From: a virus
Reading direction: 5' to 3' (one strand)
IMG/VR virus record: IMGVR_UViG_3300047160_005727
Location: 64,001-128,000 of that record
Length of the DNA stretch: 64,000 nt
The position numbers and the translations under genes were made by a program. Under the pieces are notes generated by a model that saw nothing but the letters and a program-made list of their open reading frames with translations, was not told the origin of the DNA and did not search any database. This document shows, one piece after another, positions 30,272 through 40,908 of this stretch; position 1 is the stretch's first letter, and each line of letters begins with the position of its first letter.

Positions 30272-31219
30272 ATGCCGGTTGGCATCTGGAACCTCGAATG
30301 GTTAAACCATAACTCGCAGCGTTCTTATCCGTTGGCCGAAGATGCCACCAAGACGGATCAGACCGGCACGTTCAAGCTGCCCGATGACTTCATATTGGGG
30401 CTCTACCTGCCCGTCCACGCCGGTCTCGACATCGATGTCGAGAACTTCTTCATCCGCTCGATCTCGGTGTTCGCGACCGGCTACAACATTTCGATCGGCT
30501 ACGACGACGGCACAGGCAACGTGACGGTCGTAGCTACGGCTGTGATCAGCCAAGCTGCCCACACGGCCAACATGTCCTACGCGCTGCCAGGCGTCAACGC
30601 TTTCGATGACACGGTGGGCAAGCTCGTCATCGGCATTCTGGACTCGATCAACCAGCAACCTTCCGGTCAGTTCTTCTTCGACTACGCGGGCGGTAAGCTC
30701 GATGCCGACTGCATCCGGCCGATCATCCGCGGTATCCAGTCGATCCGCACCCTGAACAACGGCGAGCTGAGCGCGCCGATAACCGGGCACGTCATCTTCT
30801 CGGCGGGCTCGAACTTCCAGCTGTCGGTTACCCAGGTGCCGGGTCTGCCGGCCGAGATCCGCTTTGATGCCATCGACGGTGCCGGCCTGACCGAGGACTG
30901 CGCCTGCGAGGATACCACTGTCGGTCCCATCAAGACGATCAACAGTATCGGCCCCGATAGCTACGGCAACTTCACCCTGAACGGCATCAACTGCCTGGAG
31001 ATCCAGAAGATCGACAACGGGATCCAGCTCAATGACACCTGCTCGTCACCGTGCTGTGGCTGTGCTGAGCTGGAGCAGCTCACCAAAGAGATCGAGATGG
31101 TCAGCACCGCCGAGTCGACCCTGGAGAACTTCGTCAACCAGCTAGCGCTCCAGATGACCAACTTCAGTCAGACTGTTTTGGGCTCAAAACTAAACGACAC
31201 TGGGTGCGTGCAGTGTTAA
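30272..31219 (+). CDS. Cys-rich virion protein, paralog 1
   Basis: EWLNHNSQRSYPL N-motif; IKTINSIGPDSYGNF; CSSPCCGC followed by a coiled coil. Confidence 0.65.
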   Translation: MPVGIWNLEWLNHNSQRSYPLAEDATKTDQTGTFKLPDDFILGLYLPVHAGLDIDVENFFIRSISVFATGYNISIGYDDGTGNVTVVATAVISQAAHTANMSYALPGVNAFDDTVGKLVIGILDSINQQPSGQFFFDYAGGKLDADCIRPIIRGIQSIRTLNNGELSAPITGHVIFSAGSNFQLSVTQVPGLPAEIRFDAIDGAGLTEDCACEDTTVGPIKTINSIGPDSYGNFTLNGINCLEIQKIDNGIQLNDTCSSPCCGCAELEQLTKEIEMVSTAESTLENFVNQLALQMTNFSQTVLGSKLNDTGCVQC

Positions 31220-32574
31220 TACTCCCAACCGGCGGTAGAGGCATCGGTGTCGAAGGCAACGGGTCAAATTACCCGTTTGTCCAGCCAAGTGCTGACATCG
31301 TCGGCCTGCTCGCTGATCTCTGGCTGGCCCACGAGTACCGTGACGTCGTGCTGCCGCTGAAGGTTTCCTGGATGGCGGGTTTCCAGGCGGCATTCGACGG
31401 TAACAATACCCGCGTGCAGATCCAGATCACTGACGCTGAGGACACGCCTGTCTTCGACTCGACGGACGTGAACCCGGCGAACTACACCATGAAGGACTGG
31501 GGTGAGCGGCTACGGATCCACGAGTGGTACTACCCACCTAACTCTGTCTGCCGGGTCGTACAGCATCGTGCCGTTCCTGATCCGCCGCCGGCCTGGCCTG
31601 GCTGGCCTGTGCAGATCTATCCCGAAAACGGTGTGCTCGATGAGCGGACCTCGGAGCTGATGCCCGAGCGACTGCTGACCATCCAGGAGAAGAAGAGCGG
31701 TGTCACGGTCGCAGGCGAGATCATCTTCGTCAACGGCTGGAACGTCGAGATCGACAATACGGCTTACCCGGAGCCGCTCCGGAACACGACTGCGATGTCT
31801 TTCAGCGCCAATGCCGGCGGCGGTCCTGGCCGCTACCCCGGCTGCCAGACTCCCGATGTCGTCTTTCGTACGATCAACGGTATACCTCCGGATCCCCGTG
31901 GCAACTTCAACCTCGCGGCCGACGGCTGCTATTACGTTCGGCAACCGGTTGGCGTCGGGACCGACGGCAAGGCCGTGCCGGTACCGGCCTCGCTGGATCT
32001 GGGCAATGACTGCGGCCCGTGCTGCGACTGTGACGCCTATGTCAGCGTTCAGAAGGCCCTCCTGAACCTCGAAGCCAAGCAGCGGTCTGTCGGCACTCTT
32101 GCCGAGAAGACGCGGGACGATCTGATCGCGGCCATCGACCGCTGGAACAAGTCGAAGGAGTGTACTGAGAATAACATATTGACAATAACAGCTGTAGGTA
32201 CGGCGATGACTTATGTCGACTTCAATGCCATCATTTGCAACACGGCGAAGGGTTGCATGCTCGACCAGAAACTGACCGTGCAGATCACCAGCAACCCGCA
32301 AAACACATGGATGCCGGTGCCTGGTACGACCTACATCACGAAGCCTGCCAGCACGCAACTGATACCTTACACACCGTCCACGCCGGCCCCCGGTACCGTG
32401 GGCGCTCACTTCGATGCGATCAACCCCGGGGCCTTTGGCCTCATAAGGGTCCGAGCCCGCGGCGCTACCAGTATGAACCCAACGGGGACGACAGTGACAT
32501 TTCTGGCGACGACGTGGCCGGTCAAGAACCCGCTCGCCAAGCACACCGCCACATGCACGATACCATTGCTCTAG
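31204..32574 (+). CDS. Cys-rich virion protein, paralog 2
   Basis: GSNYPF N-motif; RTINGIPPDPRGNF; CGPCCDC followed by a coiled coil. The start may be GTG 31213. Confidence 0.65.
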   Translation: MRAVLILPTGGRGIGVEGNGSNYPFVQPSADIVGLLADLWLAHEYRDVVLPLKVSWMAGFQAAFDGNNTRVQIQITDAEDTPVFDSTDVNPANYTMKDWGERLRIHEWYYPPNSVCRVVQHRAVPDPPPAWPGWPVQIYPENGVLDERTSELMPERLLTIQEKKSGVTVAGEIIFVNGWNVEIDNTAYPEPLRNTTAMSFSANAGGGPGRYPGCQTPDVVFRTINGIPPDPRGNFNLAADGCYYVRQPVGVGTDGKAVPVPASLDLGNDCGPCCDCDAYVSVQKALLNLEAKQRSVGTLAEKTRDDLIAAIDRWNKSKECTENNILTITAVGTAMTYVDFNAIICNTAKGCMLDQKLTVQITSNPQNTWMPVPGTTYITKPASTQLIPYTPSTPAPGTVGAHFDAINPGAFGLIRVRARGATSMNPTGTTVTFLATTWPVKNPLAKHTATCTIPLL

Positions 32575-32583
32575 GAGACCTGG

Positions 32584-35016
32584 ATGGCCTCGATCAACCC
32601 GGACTGGTACGCCGGCAACGCGACCCGAGCCTATCCGCTCGATGACGCGGCGACCGCGCGCGACGATGCCGGGAAGGAGCTGCCGTCCCAGATCCTGGTC
32701 GACTGCCGGATCAAGTTCCCCTCGAACCTGGGGCAGTATGCCTACGTCAGTGGCGTGACCGTCAGCCCGAACCTCGTCACGGTCATCATGTTGGCAACCT
32801 CCAATGCGGTTCGTATGCCCGGAGGTATACAACCCGTCAGCGCGCCTGACCAACCTCTGTGTGCTGTCTCACTGCCGATGCCGGTCGTACCCTACCGTCA
32901 CTATCCGATCCAGCCGATGGCCGATGGCGTGGGAGGCTGGCTGGTATTCGGCCGCGGGATCGATGAGTCCTATTCGGGTCGGTTCAGTACGCCCGGGCAG
33001 ACGATCTTGCTGCCACGCGTGGCTTCGGCCTACGATCCGCTGCCGATCCCGACCCTGGGCAAGCTCGGTGTGGATCCACCCCTGACTGGCGTGATCCAAC
33101 TGCTGGGAGCTACCGATCTGGAGGTAGTGCAGGACACCCGCGAGATCCCCATCAACGGCACGCCGGTCATCGTCGACGCCATCATCATCCGCCTGGTCGA
33201 CAGCTTGAACCGCAACGTCTTCAGCCTTTACACAGGTCCGTGCGGCGGCCGGCCCGAAAGCGACTCCTGCAACAAGCCGGCGGTCGAGTCGATCAACGGC
33301 GTCGTGCCTGACTGCGACGGCAACCTGACCATCAACTTCCAGGGTGTGAACGTCTACGACTATCTCAACGGCGGCGGGCAAGCTCTGGATCTTCCGCTGG
33401 GCATGGCCGAGGTCTGTCTGGGCCAGGACTATCTGCCCGACAAGGATGGGAACCTGCCCAGTGACTTTCCTGGCGACTGCCAGCCTGGGCCGCAGGGGCC
33501 GCAAGCACCGCCCGGTGGTGAGACGCCGCCTATTGTTCTGCCGCCGGGCTGCTTCCCGATCCCGTTCTGCGAGAGCTTCGACGAGCCCACGGTGCCGACG
33601 ACATGGGTCGTGCCATTTGGCCCGTTCAACCTGGACGCTGACGACTCGCCGGTCGAGCCCTGCGGTCTGACGTCTCCGGGTGGTACACCGATCAACCAGA
33701 GCTACGCCACCACACCAACACAGCTGAATGCGTCGGTCTGGAACTGCGTCTACAGCGTGCGGCCTGACAGTACATCGCCCTTGCGCTGCACGGTGCACCT
33801 CAAGCTGATGCCCGGTACCAATGTCAACGGCGGCATCATCTGGAACTACTTTCTGGCTGATCCCTGGGAAACTCCCCCGTCAATGACCTTCCTGTGGGTC
33901 GGGATCGATATGAGCCGGAACGCCCTGGGGATCGGCATCTTTAACGGCACCACTGTAGTGATGTCCGAGTGGGTCACGTTCCCGACAGGCAACGTGCCCA
34001 AGGTCGGCGAATGGTACGAGCTGAGTGTCTATGCTCTCGCTGATCCTGAGTTCTGGGCCCCACCCTACAACCTGTACCAGCAGTACATCACCCTGAGCGG
34101 GGTCACGGATACGGCGTTCCAGAAGATGACGCCGATGTTCAAGTTCGCGATGAACTCTTACGGCGGACTGGCCGGAGTCGGAGCGAACAACGCGCATACC
34201 CGGTTCAGCTGGTTCAAGCTCGAGTACATCGACGCACCGCTGGGCTGTGTTCCGCTGCCTTACTACGACACTTTCGACGGCACGATCCCGACAGCATGGA
34301 TAGCTGAGTTCGGAACCTGGGTGGTCGAGAACGATGACTCGCCGGACGAGCTTTACGGACTGAGCGCTCCAGGATCCGGCGTACCGCCGGGTGTGCAGGC
34401 CGGCTTCATCGAGACACCGCCGTTCCATCGTGGGGCCAGGACCGAGGCAACACCCGCTACCGTCCCCATCAACCGGAGCTATACCGCCATCGATCAGTCG
34501 ATGCGCAACGTGTCGATATGGGACTGCGGGTACGACTGCCGGGACGGGCTGTTCATATCGACCGCTTTCAAGATGATGCCTGGCAGCCAGATCAATGGTG
34601 GCATTGTCTTCAACTGGCTCGACAACAACCCGGACTTCAAGCGGCCGACCTACATGATGGCCACACTGGACCTCACCGGTAACCGCATAGGGATCTATTA
34701 CTACTACGGTGCTACGGCCACGATGAGCGAGTGGGTGAACCTGGAGAGCAACGTGCCCAAGGCTGGCGAGTGGTACCACATGAAGGTCCAGCTCTACCCC
34801 GACGCCGCGAATGGCGGCGCGCCCTTCTGGCTGTACCACGTCATCGTGACCGTTACTGGCGTTACGGATACAGCCTTCAAGGCGGTGTCGACTGACTTCC
34901 CGCAGGACCTTGCCTATCCCGGCAGTAAGGTCGGCCTCGGGACGACCTACGGTCATACCCGGTTCAGCTGGTTCCGGGTGGCGAGTACTGACGAACCACC
35001 ACCGGGGACACCCTAA
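32584..35016 (+). CDS. Cys-rich virion protein, paralog 3, with two tandem ConA-like domains (candidate receptor-binding protein)
   Basis: DWYAGNATRAYPL; ESINGVVPDCDGNL; a duplicated domain ending HTRFSWF at 33550-34224 and 34246-34983. Confidence 0.7.
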   Translation: MASINPDWYAGNATRAYPLDDAATARDDAGKELPSQILVDCRIKFPSNLGQYAYVSGVTVSPNLVTVIMLATSNAVRMPGGIQPVSAPDQPLCAVSLPMPVVPYRHYPIQPMADGVGGWLVFGRGIDESYSGRFSTPGQTILLPRVASAYDPLPIPTLGKLGVDPPLTGVIQLLGATDLEVVQDTREIPINGTPVIVDAIIIRLVDSLNRNVFSLYTGPCGGRPESDSCNKPAVESINGVVPDCDGNLTINFQGVNVYDYLNGGGQALDLPLGMAEVCLGQDYLPDKDGNLPSDFPGDCQPGPQGPQAPPGGETPPIVLPPGCFPIPFCESFDEPTVPTTWVVPFGPFNLDADDSPVEPCGLTSPGGTPINQSYATTPTQLNASVWNCVYSVRPDSTSPLRCTVHLKLMPGTNVNGGIIWNYFLADPWETPPSMTFLWVGIDMSRNALGIGIFNGTTVVMSEWVTFPTGNVPKVGEWYELSVYALADPEFWAPPYNLYQQYITLSGVTDTAFQKMTPMFKFAMNSYGGLAGVGANNAHTRFSWFKLEYIDAPLGCVPLPYYDTFDGTIPTAWIAEFGTWVVENDDSPDELYGLSAPGSGVPPGVQAGFIETPPFHRGARTEATPATVPINRSYTAIDQSMRNVSIWDCGYDCRDGLFISTAFKMMPGSQINGGIVFNWLDNNPDFKRPTYMMATLDLTGNRIGIYYYYGATATMSEWVNLESNVPKAGEWYHMKVQLYPDAANGGAPFWLYHVIVTVTGVTDTAFKAVSTDFPQDLAYPGSKVGLGTTYGHTRFSWFRVASTDEPPPGTP

Positions 35017-35780
35017 TGAGGATCATCCATCCGGAATATCGCAACGAGCATCAGAACACGAACTACCCGTTCGCGGACACGGCCACCTTGCTCAGCCGCG
35101 ACAAGATCGCCTTGTCCCAGGGCATGTTCATCGATGCTTCGATCTTCCCGATCGGTGGCGGGCCACGGCCATACATCTCGTCGCTTCAGGTCGGCAACCG
35201 GCTCGTCACGATCTGGATCGGCGATACCTCGAACAGCCAGCTCGCCGCGGGCTCGTTCGATCCGCTGGCACCGCCCGACATGATCGGCCTGGTTGACGTG
35301 TACGGCCGGCCCGCTGGGCTGTTCGTGACCGATCCCATCCAGCTGGCGGCCGCCCAGTCCTGGTCTTCGGGTACGCACACGTTCGACATCGGGACCACCG
35401 AGTTCGCCGCCAGCTGCACGATCTCCACGCCGGAGCCGGGCGTGCGCGGCCTGATCGCTGCGCAAGGGCTTCTGCTCACTGGCGACGCCTGGCTCGTCGG
35501 CGAAGACGGCGTGGTGCTCAGCGTCGACCCAGACGATGGCTCCAACATCGTGGTCGACGTGGTGGGTGATCCGCTCTACGCGCGCCGGCAGTGTGCACCG
35601 GCGGGCCTGTTCAACACCCCGCGGTTCATCAAGACGATCAACGGCGTGCTGCCTGATGCCGAGGGCAACTTCCAGTTTTCAGTCGCTACGCTCACCGCCA
35701 GTGATACGATCCTGCGCATTATTCCTGAGCCACCCGATACGCTGCGTATTAGCCTGGTGGGTAAGTCGGTTCAAGGTTGA
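35016..35780 (+). CDS. Virion protein, paralog 4
   Basis: EYRNEHQNTNYPF; IKTINGVLPDAEGNF. Confidence 0.65.
   Translation: MRIIHPEYRNEHQNTNYPFADTATLLSRDKIALSQGMFIDASIFPIGGGPRPYISSLQVGNRLVTIWIGDTSNSQLAAGSFDPLAPPDMIGLVDVYGRPAGLFVTDPIQLAAAQSWSSGTHTFDIGTTEFAASCTISTPEPGVRGLIAAQGLLLTGDAWLVGEDGVVLSVDPDDGSNIVVDVVGDPLYARRQCAPAGLFNTPRFIKTINGVLPDAEGNFQFSVATLTASDTILRIIPEPPDTLRISLVGKSVQG
35736..35750. promoter_or_regulatory. 15-bp palindromic site, copy 3 (GATACGCTGCGTATT)
   Basis: Matches RWTACGC-N-GCGTAWY; 40 nt before ATG 35790. Confidence 0.55.
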
Positions 35781-35789
35781 GAGAGTCAG

Positions 35790-37242
35790 ATGCCGCTACC
35801 AGGGTTTTACAATGACAACGGAGCGCGGTCCTACCCGCTGGTGCCGTGGTCCAATGCGCTTCTGGGTGTGCCGGTGGTACCGCTTGCAACGCAGATCAGC
35901 AACTGGAACGCCACCAACGTGACTGTTACCCCAGGGCAGTGGGAAACCGAGAGCGGTGCAGGACGGGGCGGCGGTTACTGGCTGAGTACGTCGCCGTCGA
36001 CAGGCGGATCAGGGAGCGTCATCTGGCAGTTCGCTGTGGTTCCAGGCCGGCAGTACCAGGTCGCGGCGACATGGCCTGGCGACCCGAAGCAGGCGAGTAA
36101 CGCCCGCTTCACCATCATGGAGACCGAGGGCGAGGGCCAGGGCTACTTCCCGCTGGCGGAAGTTCGAGTTGACCAGCGGGTCGTACCGTCCCAGATCACG
36201 GATGCTGACAACGTCGGCTGGCTTGTCCTGGGGAACGTCACACCGATCCGCACCACCCTGCTCGTCGCCGTCAACGACGACTCCGACTTCCCGGCAGTGG
36301 GCGATGCGGTCTGGGTCGAGGACATCACGCCGCCCGATCTCTCTACCCCGGTCATGATCATGCCGCCCATGAGCACCCTGCTCGACTTTGGCTGCATGGT
36401 CGGTCTTGACGCCGAGTTTGATAGTAGCATGCATGTAGTATATCTGCATGGTATCATGCGTATCGGTGACAGGTTCTGGTTCGACTTCCGCTCGGATGCT
36501 CCTGGGCTACTGGGTCATGCATTGATATTCACCCGTACACTAGGTGACGTCGAATACACGACCGACTACGTCGAGGCGTCGCCGCTGAGTGCCCCAGCAG
36601 AGCCTTTGGATGCCCCGCAGGGCTCCCAGGGTTTGCTCTGGCAAGGCTTCCTGGTTACCGGCCTATTGGACGACCTTGCGGCCGTGATGCCCACAGACGG
36701 GGCTATGACAGCCACCACAGGCCCGCAAGTCGAGCCGGCACTGGTTCAGAACCTGGGACGTAGCTACGTCCGGACGATCAACCTGGCGAACCAGGACCGC
36801 ACCCATGCAACACCCCCGGCTGGCTGCCCCGGCAGCGACGACACAGGTGCCGACTACCCCTACGTCATCGCCGCTACCAACCTGACGGGTGATCTCCGGT
36901 TCCGGGAGGGCTACAACGTCGCGATCCGGCAGAGCGCGCGGAACAACTCCCTGACCTTCCTGTCGGTCCAAGGCGCTGGCGCTGGCGCCCCCTGCAATGA
37001 AGTGCCGGTCTATCCCGGCGAGCAGCCCCCGAGCGACAGCAGCCTGCTCACGGGCGGGCCAGCCTGCGACGAGGTTGTCAACAGCATCAACGGGCTGGCG
37101 TCCAACCTGATCTACCTCGCGGCCGGGCTAGGTGTGCTGATCACTATCCCGTCTGACGCCGCGAACACGCTCACGGTCGACATGAACCGCCACGACATGA
37201 CGGTCTGCGGCCCAGTCCAGGTTGTATTCGAGGAGCTGCCTG

Positions 37243-37250
<8 letters not shown>
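35790..37250 (+). CDS. Virion protein, paralog 5, with inserted golvesin/xanthan-lyase C-terminal-like beta-sandwich domain
   Basis: [13 protein letters not shown]; VNSING; inserted domain [20 protein letters not shown]...VDQR...GWLVLG...GDAVWVE at ~35934-36320. Confidence 0.65.
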
Positions 37251-38270
<1,020 letters not shown>

Positions 38271-38274
<4 letters not shown>

Positions 38275-38300
38275 AGATCTGGTAGAAGCATGTCATACAT
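38271..38300 (+). promoter_or_regulatory. Putative promoter, copy 1 (CTGAA-N16-GTCATACA)
   Basis: Motif shared with 40650, 41677 and 52802; followed by a hairpin at 38301-38328. Confidence 0.6.
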
Positions 38301-38395
38301 CGGTAGAGGCCGTCCCCGGCCTTTACTGACCGATCCACAAAGGAGACTGACCATGGACGACCCTCATGGGATGATGTCCATCAGCAACCGGGAGG

Positions 38396-38944
38396 ATGCC
38401 GATGGCGAAACCCAGACCGACCATTGCTGACCTGCCTTTCAAGCGCATGTCCAGATACGACCACGACCAGTGGCGTCTGAGACGCATTCACGTGGCCGAT
38501 ACGTATACCTTGTTCGAGATGCTACTCCTCGGGATCTGTCTTCTCGAAGACAAGATCAAGAGCGGTAGAGGTATCAGCATACGTTCAGTTTATCGCTTGG
38601 CCAACGTGCTTCGCATGCTGGACTACGTTACTGGTTGGCCCAGTGGTAGGCTCAGCCGCCGGTACCGCCGGCGCGCTGAGAAGATCATCGACGGAGCACT
38701 GTTTGGAGATCTTGTTACGAAAGGAAACAGAGTTACAGTGAGAAAACACTACCGCAACGGTAACCCGATCGGCTTGATCCATTGCGGTTGTGATGACTGC
38801 AACCCGAGCATGATCAACGGGAAGCTCAGCCACGAGCGTGGCTGCCGCGATGCCTGGCGGGACTACAAGCGCAAGTGCACTGTTTGCAGGGCGGAATTCT
38901 ATCCGCCTGATCAGGACGAAAGAAACTGTCATCGACATCGTTGA
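38396..38944 (+). CDS. Hypothetical Cys/His-rich protein
   Basis: 182 aa; CDDC...INGKLSHERGC and CTVC...C motifs. Confidence 0.6.
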   Translation: MPMAKPRPTIADLPFKRMSRYDHDQWRLRRIHVADTYTLFEMLLLGICLLEDKIKSGRGISIRSVYRLANVLRMLDYVTGWPSGRLSRRYRRRAEKIIDGALFGDLVTKGNRVTVRKHYRNGNPIGLIHCGCDDCNPSMINGKLSHERGCRDAWRDYKRKCTVCRAEFYPPDQDERNCHRHR

Positions 38945-38949
38945 ATGCT

Positions 38950-38981
38950 GGTCGTCCCGTGTGGGGCGGCCTTTCTTTTTT
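38950..38981 (+). terminator. Intrinsic terminator
   Basis: GGTCGTCCC-GTGT-GGGGCGGCC followed by TTTCTTTTTT. Confidence 0.75.
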
Positions 38982-38996
38982 AACTAAGGAGTGCGT

Positions 38997-39476
38997 ATGG
39001 CGAAACGCAGAAAAGTTCCGGAGGAACCCGTCGAAGATGTGAAGGAACGCATCGAAGTATTGTTCAGCGTCGAGGTAAAGAAGAACTTCTGGACGGGGAG
39101 ATACCCCAAGTCGGAATACATCTACGCTGTTCAAGATGGTTGCGGAGGGACTTTCGACTTCGAGAAGAAGATATTCGTGCCGCCAAAGGAAGAGCCAGCA
39201 CTAGGGCCCTGTGAGCCGAAGAAGAAACTTCTGCCACAGAAACCGTTTGCTGAACCGATAAGCCTGAAGGATCGTGTGCAATGGGGAGGCACGATAACCC
39301 GGTCTGCGACCATCTTTTTTGTGGGTTATGCCAACCGGCTCTACACTTTCAAACTCTACAGCGTCGCGCAGGCTGTGGAAGTCATGTGCCGCACAATGGT
39401 CTGTGGCTATCCAGACGGAGTGCCTCCCGACATTTACGGCGACGGTCTCGGTAATATCCACGTCAGCTCTAACTAA
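38997..39476 (+). CDS. Hypothetical protein
   Basis: 159 aa, SD AAGGAG, bracketed by similar terminators. Confidence 0.65.
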   Translation: MAKRRKVPEEPVEDVKERIEVLFSVEVKKNFWTGRYPKSEYIYAVQDGCGGTFDFEKKIFVPPKEEPALGPCEPKKKLLPQKPFAEPISLKDRVQWGGTITRSATIFFVGYANRLYTFKLYSVAQAVEVMCRTMVCGYPDGVPPDIYGDGLGNIHVSSN

Positions 39477-39478
39477 GT

Positions 39479-39520
39479 GGGTGGTCGCCCCGCGAGGGGC
39501 GGCCACTTCCCCTTTTTCTT
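39479..39520 (+). terminator. Intrinsic terminator
   Basis: GGGTGGTCGCCCC-GCGA-GGGGCGGCCACTT followed by a T-rich tail. Confidence 0.75.
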
Positions 39521-39536
39521 AGGCTATAGGACTGTC

Positions 39537-39767
39537 ATGAAAGACATGAATGGTAATTCATCCCGGGACCAGCACTGCTTCTGGTTGTTCCTGCTGCACT
39601 TCATCGTCGGCGCCAGCAGCTTTGGCTTCTGGTGTGACTCTCCTACCGATGTCAACCTCTGCTGGATGATCTACTGCAATGTGATGGCGATCATGATCCT
39701 CATCTACCAGGCGGTGTCGCGTGCCGCGGCAAAGCGACAGGCGAAAGAAGACGAAGCCTTCTTCTGA
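39537..39767 (+). CDS. Small two-TM membrane protein
   Basis: Two hydrophobic stretches (CFWLFLLHFIVGA; LCWMIYCNVMAIMILIY). Confidence 0.5.
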   Translation: MKDMNGNSSRDQHCFWLFLLHFIVGASSFGFWCDSPTDVNLCWMIYCNVMAIMILIYQAVSRAAAKRQAKEDEAFF

Positions 39768-39782
39768 GCCGGCTCGTCCGCT

Positions 39783-40337
39783 ATGCTGACAGGCGGAAAT
39801 ACTGGCATGGAGGACCACAGGATGCGCGCCAAGACAGCTGACACGAAAGATATCACCGAAGTCGCGGTTTCCCACGATACCACCACGGTCATCAGCGCCT
39901 CGGGTATACGCTCGATCACACTTGTGCCCACGTTCCAGCGCGGCTACGTGCCCAATGTGATCGACGGCTTCCGGTTCACGCTCCAGGTCACTGGGGCGAT
40001 CCAGATGCCGACCAAGATCTTCCGCTACCGGCTCGTGCCCACCCAGGTGAAAGCCACCACCAGCGAGCCGCCGACCGCCGTCGAACTCAAGGGTGCGTTT
40101 GATGGCGTCTGTAGCCCGGCCGATCTCGAGGACTTCCCCGAGGACTGGCCGGCCCAGAATGCCCGGCCGTCCTGGTACCGGCTCGACATGGTGGATCTCA
40201 TCGTGCGCAGCCGATCGATCGCCGACGAAGCATACAAGGCGATCATCTACGAGATCGAGCGGCTGATCGATACGCTCAACACCATGGATCAACAGGATGT
40301 AGCAGCCACGATCACCATCGGACCGGAGGTACCATGA
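39783..40337 (+). CDS. Hypothetical protein
   Basis: Strong GC3 bias; overlaps the next start (ATGA). The true start may be downstream. Confidence 0.65.
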   Translation: MLTGGNTGMEDHRMRAKTADTKDITEVAVSHDTTTVISASGIRSITLVPTFQRGYVPNVIDGFRFTLQVTGAIQMPTKIFRYRLVPTQVKATTSEPPTAVELKGAFDGVCSPADLEDFPEDWPAQNARPSWYRLDMVDLIVRSRSIADEAYKAIIYEIERLIDTLNTMDQQDVAATITIGPEVP

Positions 40338-40645
40338 TCGCCAGCAATACGCTGCGTAACATTATCACGATCGAGAACAGCACGATCGACGCCCTGGTCG
40401 TCAACGTGGCGTTCCAGCGTGAGTTTCCCTTCCTGGCTGGCCTGGTTCAGCCCAAGAAGACCAGTCGCTGCGGGCGTTGCCGCAAGAAGCAGCGGGCAAC
40501 CCTGACCGAATACCGGAATTTCAAGAACGCCGTGGCGTCCATGATCCCCCAGGACAAGATACGCTTCAAGCAATTCATGGGCTGCAAACAGGTTAGGGTA
40601 GTTCACGTCAACCCCGCCAACAAGGTCGTCGACCGGACTTTCTAG
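40334..40645 (+). CDS. Small basic CxxC protein
   Basis: 103 aa; RCGRCRKK; SD GGAGG. Confidence 0.65.
   Translation: MIASNTLRNIITIENSTIDALVVNVAFQREFPFLAGLVQPKKTSRCGRCRKKQRATLTEYRNFKNAVASMIPQDKIRFKQFMGCKQVRVVHVNPANKVVDRTF
40346..40360. promoter_or_regulatory. 15-bp palindromic site, copy 4 (AATACGCTGCGTAAC)
   Basis: Exact reverse complement of copy 1; 12 nt after ATG 40334. Confidence 0.6.
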
Positions 40646-40649
40646 CACC

Positions 40650-40680
40650 CTAAACTGCGTCCGCGTTCATGTCATACATC
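40650..40680 (+). promoter_or_regulatory. Putative promoter, copy 2 (CTAAA-N16-GTCATACA)
   Basis: Shares CATGTCATACATC exactly with copy 1; followed by a hairpin. Confidence 0.65.
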
Positions 40681-40821
40681 ATTGGAGCCACTTAGGTGGC
40701 GATCCATCGGCCCGTGCGTTAGAGTACGGAAGCTACCATGAGGTCCGGGCCGGAACGAAGCACGTTGCTACACGGGTATCACTAGGTACCCGACCCCGTG
40801 GCTGCGGCCACGGGTGTTTTT
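40681..40821 (+). ncRNA. Candidate ~140-nt structured small RNA or attenuating leader
   Basis: Lies between the promoter motif and a terminator, has no substantial ORF, and contains several consecutive hairpins. Confidence 0.55.
40795..40821 (+). terminator. Intrinsic terminator
   Basis: CCCGTGGC-TGCG-GCCACGGG followed by TGTTTTT. Confidence 0.75.
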
Positions 40822-40908
40822 ACTGTGCAGTTGCGCAGGAAGCGCTCGTGCCGGGACCTCGTCGTGTTCGAGACGGGTTCTATCCAGTTTTTAGCATGGA
40901 GCATCTGC

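Noticed and set aside
32179-32210. TTGACA in an AT-richer coding patch as an internal sigma-70 promoter
   Set aside because: No TATAAT-like hexamer at 16-18 nt spacing.
40733-40762. Hammerhead-like string ATGAG-GTCCG-GGC-CGGA-ACGAAGC
   Set aside because: It lacks the invariant CUGANGA and GAAA core (CCAUGAG and GAAG instead).
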